From Epithemia pelagica (taxonomy: Eukaryota; Protista; Bacillariophyta), in contig OX337229.1 of NCBI GenBank assembly GCA_946965045.2, positions 2,418,001 to 2,482,000 on the forward strand: a DNA stretch of 64,000 nt, written 5' to 3'. Shown here one piece after another: positions 1-9,048 of this stretch; position 1 is the first letter of the stretch; each line of letters begins with the position of its first letter. A program made the translations under genes and the position numbers. A model generated the notes under the pieces. It saw nothing but the letters and a program-made list of their open reading frames with translations. It made no database searches and was not told the DNA's origin.

Positions 1-2
1 CA

Positions 3-1959
3 GCCGCCATACACCTCAACCTGGTCGTCCGCCACAAGGCAAACCACCAGGAAGAAGCGGCTCTCCCACGTATCACAGAAAACGCCCTGAAACAACACTT
101 CAACCAAGTCTTCCAACACCATGAACCGCGCGAGTACCCCATGTGGCTACAGGTCCACCGCGTAGAGTTCATCGAAACAAAACAACCAGCCCGACCGAAA
201 GGAAACAACGAAAAAGGACAACGCGGCCATAGTTCATCCTTCCACCTCACCCTGCGTCTGGCACCAGCAAACGACGCCTTTGATATGGAAAACTACATCG
301 AACAAGCCCTACGCTTCGCCACACAAATGTGGCACAAACACCACCGCGACGATTTTCGCAACGATGAACACGGTGCACAATGGATCCTACGCCATGGGGC
401 ACAACAGTCAAACCCGACACTCAACCCCCGCTTCAAGGAGTTAGACGTCTACATCCCTGCATGCAACAACCGAAACTCAACGACGCAAGGAATTATCGCA
501 GGAATTCCTGCACTCGCGGTCAAACACCGCCGCGGATACCTCGACATCGCCACCACCATCCATGATCACCTTTTCGGCCACCTCCCCAGCCAATTTCAAA
601 TGTTCGATGATTTCAGCCAACATTTCGGTTGCAGAGACGGCACCTTCAGCGGAGACATGCGCAACAAACAACGAGGCCAGGTGCCAGTCATCTACTTCTC
701 CGCGTCTTCGAGACACAACTTTGAATTATTCCTCCGCGCCTACAACGCCTTCCACCAGGCCGCCAAGGGAAACGAAATCACTTGGCGCGAAAACGCCCTA
801 CAAGTGCTTCCCATCCCGAAGAACCAACAAACCAGAACCACCACTCTCGAGGCTCTAAAGGACCTTGACCAACATTTCGGAGCAGCGTCAGAATTCGCCT
901 TCACCCACTGAACGATTTGGCCACAGAAGAAGAATGGGACCAACTCACCGAGATCCCACACTACCAGGCCGCATATCCCGAATTTTGCCACCACGACCCG
1001 GAGCCAGTCGCATACTACCTGCATCTGCTCCGCACACCTGACACCCACCATCTCAATGCAACAACCATAAGGAACTATCCGGGGTTTCCATCGAACATCC
1101 TTCGCCCCACCATGGCGGCAGCAGCCGCAGCACCACCAGCCCCAGGCCAAGAACACAACAACTACGAACAACACCAACAGGCCACACACACTTCGCGACT
1201 ACTCGATCTCACCCGCCGGATCACCCAACGAAACCAGAACAACGGAGACAGCGGCGGCAGCACCACAACAACAACAACACCCACACGACCAAGAGCCACC
1301 CCACCAACAACAACTCCCCCCCCCCGAGAAAAAGAGCAGCACCGTCCAACGACACACCAGAAAACAACGACCACGAAAACAACAGCGACCCTTACGAAGA
1401 CAACTCCAACTGGACGACGGTTGCTGAAACCGCCGCCCGCCTGATCAACACCAGACACAACCAAGAAGAATACGAGGTCACAGCAGACAGCCAAAACACC
1501 TGCTCCACCTTATCGTCCACAAACAGATACTCCATCTTGGGAGAACGCCCGGAGGACTCTTACAACGAAGAGACCGACCGATACCACGGGGGAAATCCTA
1601 ACGACGTAGAGATGGACGAGGAAGAACTCGACGAATGGGACAACATGTCCGACTCGAACCGTTCCCACCCTCTCCTCCAACCAGACAACGACAACCCCGC
1701 CAACAATCCATCACAGAACACTTCAGAAGAACTCCACCAGATAACTGCCTTCGTGCACCACCACAACAGCTCCCAACTCCCCGCGCTCGAGGAGTACATT
1801 GAGAAAATACAGTCCTTTTCGACGGACACCGACGCGCAAGACGTCTGGGAATTCGCGGAGCGGCTCGTGAAACAGAAACGGCCGCCCAATTCCCACGTCG
1901 CCGGCACCCGCACCGGCCATGTGGGCCCGCATGAACCACAGGGCCAAGGGGCCAAATGA
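3..1959 (+). CDS. Retrotransposon ORF1 (5'-truncated), reconstructed across two -1 frameshifts
   Basis: The frame is open from base 3 to TGA 909-911. One extra C in CCC 904-906 joins it to ORF 917-1444, and one extra C in the C10 run 1316-1325 joins that to ORF 1537-1959 (PRKRAAPSND...SILGERPEDS). No recognisable domain. Confidence 0.55.
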
Positions 1960-4900
1960 GTACCTCAACCAAACCAATCAGACGCTGTCCAGTCCCCCAC
2001 TGCGACTGGAAGCCCACTCCCAACCCCAACCAAAAAAACACTCAAAAAGACACCGTACTCCAACTAAAACAACACCTGATACACTCACACAACGACACAC
2101 CCATCACAGAACACATGGACGAAGACTTCTGCCAACGACACGGCATGCATGTGTGCTTGCAGTGCAACAAGCCAAGCACTATCTACACGTCGCAAGGACA
2201 CCTCAAGAATCACCAAGACAATAAACATACTAGGACAATCACCAACTTACAACTAGTTCTCAACACGTACAGACACGCCGATGACAACACCAAGGCCAAC
2301 TGGAAAACATCCATCGAGTTCCTCCACGGGCTCAACATCACCCCACCGCCCATCCGGAGAACAATGTGGCACAAACTTAAACAGCCTTCGAGAAAAGAAT
2401 ACTTCGTCGCCTACAACAACATCGTCAACTGGATTTTGGACGCCACCCCGCCACTCCGGGAAGACGAAAAAAGAGACACAAGACCACACCCAGGACAAAC
2501 CGACGCCACCCCTTTTTGGAAGTTGATATTGCTTCTCGAGCCACTCCTGCTCGCACCCACGTCCACCACCGGCCACAAGAGACCATCAGACGCACTGAGG
2601 GCGCGCCACCAGATGATCAAAGAAGGAAAGATCCGGGAACTTTTCGACACCATCTGGAACTCCAATCAAGACTCCACCCAAAACAGCTACCAAACAACAA
2701 CAACCAACAACAACAACAACCAAACAACGATCAGCGACAACTTCCAGACACCAACCCCGATCCCACAAGGTAGAGTGGCAGCGGCACAACGAGCAGCGGA
2801 CGTGGGCAACTATTCCACCGCTTTCAACCGCCTCACCACCAACATGCCGACAGCAACACTGACTCCACAGAGAATCGAAAAAATCCGTAAAGACCTCTTC
2901 CCCCCGAGACGAGACCCTCCACCCGCGACTAGGCACCACGGCCACCTCCACCATCCCCCACCCCCGCGCCAGTTCCTGCAAATCGACAGCGGGCAGTTCG
3001 AGCTGGCCCTCAGACAAATGAAGACGGGAACAGCCTCCGGCCCTTTCGCGTCCTGCACCGATGCAATTGTCTCCATGGCCTTACACCGAACAACACGTGC
3101 GCCCAATTCCACCAGGCCGTACTTCCACAATCTCCAACAACTCCTCCAACTCTTGGTCACGGCACAGCTCCCCCCGGCCGTCCACTCCATCCTCGGTAGC
3201 AACTATTTTCTGGCCCTTCACAAGGACCCAAACAATCTGGAACGCCTCAGACCCATCGGAATCGGGACGGCACTACGACGACTCACTGCCAAAGTTGCTC
3301 TCGTCCACGTCTCCGAAACTGTTCGCCCACTGCTAGTCGCTGGCGGACAATACGGCATACAAGTTCAAGGCGGAATTGACTTTGTCGCCCACACAACGAC
3401 GGCCGCAGTCCACAAGTACATCGTGGAACCGCAAACACCAACGCGAGCGCTCCTCCTCTTGGACCTCCACAATATGTTCAACAACACCTCTCGGACGGAG
3501 GCACGAAAGATCCTCCTCAGCCACGATGCCACCGCACCCCTCATCCCTCTCTTCGACATGTTGACACAAGCCGCAACCCCTTCGTGGTACTTCAACGAAA
3601 ACCACTCCTCCGACAAACTAATGCAAACAGAAGGCTTCCCCCAGGGCTGCCCCCTCAGCCCCCTCTTCTCCTGTCTGGTCCTGGAAGCCCTTACCACCAA
3701 AATCAACAACGAACAAAGACTCCGCGCGGCAGCAAGACTCAGGTCGGGCAACACACATGACGACGGCAAGGGAGGCCAGGCCCACACGGCCTCCATCATG
3801 GACGATACGTCCATTTGCCTCCCCCACGAAGACCTCCCCTGGTTCCTCCAACGATTCGAAGAACTCGGGCGGCCTTTGGGGGTGGACCTCAATAAACAAA
3901 AAACACTCATCCTTACCACAACAACGGGTATCTCCCCAACCAACTCCCTCCCCATTGAAAACAAACAATGCCTGAGACAAGCCCTCACCATGTTAGATCC
4001 ACAACACCCGGACCACCGAGAAATCACCGGCGGGACGCGTTTCTTAGGACAACCAATCGGGTCCCAGGACTTCGCACGCCAGTTCATCACTCTTAGACTC
4101 AAAACCATGGCGGCCAAGATGGAACTCCTTGCGCACCTTCCTGACCTCCAGACTCGCAGCCACCTCTTCCGCTACTCGGTGGTGCCCTCCATTCTGCATC
4201 TCCTTCCCGCCGACCTCGTCATCGCCCACCCGGCTCCACAAGCCACCACCACCAACTGGGACAGCCCCACGACCAAGACAACACAACTCCTCGTCACCAA
4301 ATTTCTGGCCATGCTCACGGCCCTTCCAACGACCGACATCACTGCAACTGCCATCTTAATCGCCACACTGCCAAACCGATTGGGCGGGCTGGGCTATAAC
4401 AGTGCCTCGGCCGCCGCGAGACCGTCTCTCATCACCCAGACAGCCCGAACCATCAAAATCGCTGCCTCCACGGAAACACCAGTCCCTGCCCCCCACAAAC
4501 TGTTCTGGTCCGACTGGGAACACAGCGAACTCCCCTGGATTGTCGCATACCGCCGTTCCCTGGCCCTGTTCGCCAATGAATTCGCCCCCGACGCCATCAG
4601 CAATCCAACACGATTTGACCACACCACCCATAGACACCTCCTCCACCACACCTTCGTGGAGCACACCGTCCCGGCCTTGATCGAGGCCACACCAGCTGAC
4701 ATGCGCCCGTCTCTTCCTTCGGCCCTGTCCCCTCTCACGAGCCTGGCGTTGCACCTCCCCAGAACTGCCGAAGCCTTCCGCCTCGACAACGCCACTTTCG
4801 CTACCGCTATCAAGCGCAAACTCCGCCTCCCAGTCTTGCCCGCCTCCTTCCGCCGCCGACGTTGCCATTGCCCTGCCTCGCCGATGTTGGATCCCGAAGG

Positions 4901-5816
4901 CGACCATTTCTTTTCATGCACAGCAGCCAACAAAACCGCCCTCTCCAACACCATCCGAGACGTTGTTTTTGATGTGCTGCAACATGTGGCCCCCCAAGCA
5001 GGCCTCGTCGACGACCACCGGGACGTCCACATCGAACCCCCAGGTCTCGCGCCCCAACATTCACGCAACATCAGACCCGCCGACGTTGGTTTATTGTTGC
5101 GTCAACCCCACAAGAACGAGCCGTTCCACTACGTAGCTCTAGATGTCACCATCCCCCCTCCTCCGACAAGAACGCCAATTCCCGACCCGGCCGACCATAC
5201 CGCCCTTGCCTCTGCTGCTTCGAGGCCGCATCAGGAATCCGCGCGCTCCAAGTTCTGCAGAGACGATGACACTGCCGTGCACCTCCTCCGCAACGGCATC
5301 TACCTTCTCCCGTTCACCATCGATCATTTGGGCTCCCTGGGATCATTTGCACACTCTTTCTTGTTCCACCAGGATGACCTCCCGCATCCATTCTCATCAG
5401 CGGTCCCTCCCGTCTGGAACGATGGCCACTTTGGACGCCATCCATCACGATCCAAAACACATCCTGCCTCTTTCGCTCTCTACGAAAACCTCAAAGACCT
5501 CCCACGCAATCTTGCCGCAAAAGCCACAGCCAGAACCCCGGGCTTCTCTTTCCCAGAGGCATTTATCAACTCACTCGGACATTTTGCAAAAGCTTCGCTC
5601 TCTCATGCGATCGTCTCCTCCTTGGCAACACACTTGAACAAACAAATCGCGACATTACGTGCAACAGAATATAACAGCCGAATCCAAAAAACTCAGCGTG
5701 CCCGATTGGAACGAATGGGTTTCGCCCCACAACAAAACCTATACACTCCCTTCACGTTAGCACAATTCTTCCCTTCTCACCACCAACCCCACCTGCTCTG
5801 CGGTACGGCCGCTTAG
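1956..5816 (+). CDS. Retrotransposon ORF2: two C2H2 zinc fingers, reverse transcriptase, CCHC knuckle and PD-(D/E)xK restriction-like endonuclease (1286 aa)
   Basis: Zinc fingers CPVPHC..HLIHSH and CLQC..HQDNKH. RT motifs LRPIGIGTALRRL, QYGI, LLLDLHNMFN, GFPQGCPLSP, SIMDD and FLGQPIG. Knuckle CHC..H..C. Nuclease motifs RPADV..LDVTI..SKF. Uninterrupted ORF. Confidence 0.93.
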   Translation: MSTSTKPIRRCPVPHCDWKPTPNPNQKNTQKDTVLQLKQHLIHSHNDTPITEHMDEDFCQRHGMHVCLQCNKPSTIYTSQGHLKNHQDNKHTRTITNLQLVLNTYRHADDNTKANWKTSIEFLHGLNITPPPIRRTMWHKLKQPSRKEYFVAYNNIVNWILDATPPLREDEKRDTRPHPGQTDATPFWKLILLLEPLLLAPTSTTGHKRPSDALRARHQMIKEGKIRELFDTIWNSNQDSTQNSYQTTTTNNNNNQTTISDNFQTPTPIPQGRVAAAQRAADVGNYSTAFNRLTTNMPTATLTPQRIEKIRKDLFPPRRDPPPATRHHGHLHHPPPPRQFLQIDSGQFELALRQMKTGTASGPFASCTDAIVSMALHRTTRAPNSTRPYFHNLQQLLQLLVTAQLPPAVHSILGSNYFLALHKDPNNLERLRPIGIGTALRRLTAKVALVHVSETVRPLLVAGGQYGIQVQGGIDFVAHTTTAAVHKYIVEPQTPTRALLLLDLHNMFNNTSRTEARKILLSHDATAPLIPLFDMLTQAATPSWYFNENHSSDKLMQTEGFPQGCPLSPLFSCLVLEALTTKINNEQRLRAAARLRSGNTHDDGKGGQAHTASIMDDTSICLPHEDLPWFLQRFEELGRPLGVDLNKQKTLILTTTTGISPTNSLPIENKQCLRQALTMLDPQHPDHREITGGTRFLGQPIGSQDFARQFITLRLKTMAAKMELLAHLPDLQTRSHLFRYSVVPSILHLLPADLVIAHPAPQATTTNWDSPTTKTTQLLVTKFLAMLTALPTTDITATAILIATLPNRLGGLGYNSASAAARPSLITQTARTIKIAASTETPVPAPHKLFWSDWEHSELPWIVAYRRSLALFANEFAPDAISNPTRFDHTTHRHLLHHTFVEHTVPALIEATPADMRPSLPSALSPLTSLALHLPRTAEAFRLDNATFATAIKRKLRLPVLPASFRRRRCHCPASPMLDPEGDHFFSCTAANKTALSNTIRDVVFDVLQHVAPQAGLVDDHRDVHIEPPGLAPQHSRNIRPADVGLLLRQPHKNEPFHYVALDVTIPPPPTRTPIPDPADHTALASAASRPHQESARSKFCRDDDTAVHLLRNGIYLLPFTIDHLGSLGSFAHSFLFHQDDLPHPFSSAVPPVWNDGHFGRHPSRSKTHPASFALYENLKDLPRNLAAKATARTPGFSFPEAFINSLGHFAKASLSHAIVSSLATHLNKQIATLRATEYNSRIQKTQRARLERMGFAPQQNLYTPFTLAQFFPSHHQPHLLCGTAA

Positions 5817-6298
5817 CAACACCGAAAGTATTCTAGACCACTAAAATAAAAAAAAAAAAAAAAACTGCATGATCGGACCATGCCTCGTCAAGACGACGAC
5901 CACCATAACAAGCAAAAGAACGCGAAGATGAACAGGAAAATGAAGCACTACTTCATAATTGGTTGACATTACTTCATTCTGTTCCGATGCGATATATCAT
6001 TACTAGATGTTGGACAGCAGCATTGTCAAGGAACGAAGCAATCACCATACAACCCCAAACAGTCTCAGTAAACAGAGCAGTCACTTTTCCTCACTCGTTG
6101 GTTGCGTCAGATGTAGGCAACGCTCACCGGGAGTTGGTTGCAAGAGGAGACAACTACTTTCAAATCCAACCAGACTTTGTTGCCACGGGACACGGGCCAG
6201 TGCATAGGTTGCCAAGCCTCACGAGAGAAGACTTTTGATTCTGAGAGATACTTATGCCACTGGGACGTGTGCCTAGCCCCACAGGCACTGTTTTTCTC

Positions 6299-7966
6299 TC
6301 AGGTCATGTGGCTACTTGGTTTCTTGCTTCCCAATCCATACAAGGATCGGTATCCAAAGTATCGGGGCAGGATTCGTAACAGACACAAATCACCAAACAA
6401 CTCCACGACACTCAAAAGCGAAATACCCAAAAAGAGTCCCATGGACCCACCAACAGCCGCCAGCAATTGGGCAAAGCTCATTTCTTTGGATTCCGTTAGT
6501 TTTTCGAATTGAATCTTGTCGTAATTCACTTGAATCCAAACCAAGTTATCCTTAATGTATTGCTGCGTAAAGGTTGGTTGGGGCAATTGCCGTTCCAATT
6601 GTGCCAAGAGAGCGTTGCTCAAGGTCATTTGGGAGACGGACATGTCGTAGATTGTTTCGGAACAGGGTGGCAAAGAACAATCGCCACCAATTATTGTACT
6701 CCTTCTATTCTTGTCATCACCATTCGTCTTCTTCACATCCCGATAGGGAACACCACAATGATCTAAAATGGCCGTTTCGTTCCATAATTTTTCTTGTCGA
6801 CACTTGTCCAATTCATCCTGTCGACAAAAAGGCAAGTTTCCAGCGGTGGTAGGATCTCCCCACGTTTTGCATCCACATGCGTGGCGTTGTGCGGCATGCC
6901 AACACTGCGTACGGCATTTGGCCTGGGTATACGCAGGTGCCTCGGAGAAACAACGGGCCCAGGGTGCCTGTCGTTCTCGTTCAACGAGGGTGGGATGAAT
7001 TCGAATCAAGGTATTGTGCCCCGGGGAGGCCGTCACATAGGGAACTTGATCCGATAGCAGTGTCCCTGGGCTTTGAATAAAGACCAACATACCTGCCACT
7101 TCGGAAATGGCAGTCGTAGTCTCACTATTGTTGTTGGGAACTTGGAAAAAGTCGTCTTGATACAATAAACCAATGACCTGCAATCCAGCCGCCATGCCCG
7201 GTCGTACAATGCGAAGGGAGGTATCAAAAGACCAACAACGACCAAAATCAGTCCATCGTTCGGTCCACCTAGAAGTATTGTGGTTTTGTTGTTGATCATG
7301 GTTGGTGTTGCCCACGGAAAGACCATTGAATTCTGGTCCAAAAATTAATTCAGAATAATCCCAACTGGTTTGCTGAAATTCTAAAGTGGTCGTTGGTTCG
7401 TCAATGCCCAAAATGTTGAGTTTCTGTTGCGACAGCGGATTGGTGCTGCACAAGGTCACTTGAGGAAAGGGCAGTGATCGGGGAGTAATGGTTTCAGTGT
7501 CAGTCAGGACCTTGTAGGACCGATATTGCGTAATCAAGGCCTCAAATTGCCAAATCATTAACCCAGCCGATGCACAAGTCAGAGTCAACCATGCCAAACG
7601 TTTCCAAGCCTTCCATGTTTCCCCGTCTGTAACATTGGCTACGCCGTGAATAGAAGTGCCTTGTGCCCATTCATTGACCACCAGCGGCAACCTAGCATCG
7701 TCATCATAGTCATTTTTCAGATTGATTGAATTATTCTCATTGGCAATATCGTCGTCCTTCACTAAATTGTCCCCCTTCTCGTTCAAGAACGACAGGGAAG
7801 ACGACCGTTCCTCTTGGCGTGAGGCAGCGCCATCGAGCTCTTTGTTATCTTGCCTTGATTGTTGTGCTTGTTCTTCTTCGTCTGGTGCCGGACCTTCCAA
7901 AGCAGCTGATGATGAGGAGGCTTGTTCTTGGTTGATAGCAGAAGAACGCTGCACTAGGACCGTCAT
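6299..7966 (-). CDS. DEG/ENaC/ASIC-family (amiloride-sensitive sodium channel-like) protein, intronless, about 555 aa from ATG 7966
   Basis: Pre-TM1 SIHG motif, TM1, FPQVTLCSTNP, FGRCWSF, Cys-rich thumb (C..QC..CGC..C..PPC..Y) and TM2 LLAAVGGSMGLFLGISLLSVVE. Confidence 0.92.
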   Translation of the reverse strand: MTVLVQRSSAINQEQASSSSAALEGPAPDEEEQAQQSRQDNKELDGAASRQEERSSSLSFLNEKGDNLVKDDDIANENNSINLKNDYDDDARLPLVVNEWAQGTSIHGVANVTDGETWKAWKRLAWLTLTCASAGLMIWQFEALITQYRSYKVLTDTETITPRSLPFPQVTLCSTNPLSQQKLNILGIDEPTTTLEFQQTSWDYSELIFGPEFNGLSVGNTNHDQQQNHNTSRWTERWTDFGRCWSFDTSLRIVRPGMAAGLQVIGLLYQDDFFQVPNNNSETTTAISEVAGMLVFIQSPGTLLSDQVPYVTASPGHNTLIRIHPTLVERERQAPWARCFSEAPAYTQAKCRTQCWHAAQRHACGCKTWGDPTTAGNLPFCRQDELDKCRQEKLWNETAILDHCGVPYRDVKKTNGDDKNRRSTIIGGDCSLPPCSETIYDMSVSQMTLSNALLAQLERQLPQPTFTQQYIKDNLVWIQVNYDKIQFEKLTESKEMSFAQLLAAVGGSMGLFLGISLLSVVELFGDLCLLRILPRYFGYRSLYGLGSKKPSSHMT

Positions 7967-9048
7967 GGTCGTCAATGCCCTTTTCCGTGTGTTTGCGGAG
8001 ACAGTTTGGCGATACAATAAAAAGCGGCAGCGCCAAGATCGCTCGACTGGTCCTTTGTTTCAAAGCCTACGTGGAGTTCAGTGGAGATGACAGAGCAATA
8101 GCAATGGGCTGGATGCATAGAGACTTCTCACTTCTCACAATAGATTCGCAAGCGACAGCGCCCACACCCCACACCCCACACCCACACGCACAAAGTCACT
8201 TTCTTTCGCTGTTTTGGTTATATTGTACGAGTTCTACTTGGGGGACGACGGAGAGTTCTTTCTGCACGTGTAACTACTTGTAGCCTGCCGCTTCGGTCAC
8301 ATAGGAGGGCTCATTCGAGAGGCTTAAGTAAATATAATTCGACGCGAGGAGAGCGCTCTCCTTCTTCTTGGCCTCTCACTTTCCTGGGACATGTTTTCCG
8401 TTTTCCTCCTTCCTCGATCTGTTGATGATGGTTGTCTCGTTGGCGGGAGAGTACGTGGAGAAGAAGAATACGGCTCTGCAGAATAATGGAAGAGGGATAC
8501 AAGTCAATTATTCTGGACTGGACGGAATGAAAAGATAATGATGATGATAAACGGCCTGAAGACTGCACTTGGCACCACCACGCTGGAACGAACGACGTTG
8601 GACGTTGAGACGCGGCGAAGCCGTGTCTTGGTTTCGTTTCGTTTGGTGCCGTCCAGAGAAATGCAATGACAAACATGAGGATGTGTCTGTTTGTAGAATG
8701 GTTGCTTTCCTCATTGAAGTAATTGGGTTGGAATTGAACACCATTTCGAGGATGATGGGAATTTGATATCGACCACAATTTTTCATCAATTTGCCGAACA
8801 ACAGTATCCGTAAAAGAGAAAGAAAAGTGACCCGTTTGTGTGCATACTCTAAGGTGTTGTGTGTGGCCTGCCTCTATGTACTAGATGGGGATTTTGCCGA
8901 GCACGACACCGGAGGACAGCGAGATGAATACGCTCGAACAGTTTCGCTGAAGTTTTAAGCTCAGCTGTGATTGGTTGTTGATTTCACCGCAAAATCCCTG
9001 TTTACAACCTCAAGAGGAGAGAGTTGCCACATTATTACTTGATTAGCC

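Larger units (their letters stand above)
1..5864 (+). mobile_element. Non-LTR retrotransposon of the CRE group (RLE-type, possibly Ambal-like); 5' end lies outside the window
   Basis: ORF2 carries RT and restriction-like endonuclease motifs. The element ends in AATAAA (5845-5850) overlapping an A17 tail (5848-5864). The sense strand is visibly A+C-rich from base 1 to the tail and composition changes abruptly after it. Confidence 0.92.

Noticed and set aside
380-5637. Many antisense and alternate-frame ORFs over the retroelement
   Set aside because: They are shadows of the A+C-biased coding strand (V/G/W-rich translations) with no motifs.
5865-5960. Target-site duplication or specific target (spliced-leader gene, microsatellite) of the CRE element
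   Set aside because: The 5' junction is outside the window and the 3' flank shows no repeat or RNA gene that I can recognise.
8348-8361. Perfect 14-bp palindrome GGAGAGCGCTCTCC
   Set aside because: About 4 such palindromes are expected by chance in 64 kb (64000/4^7).
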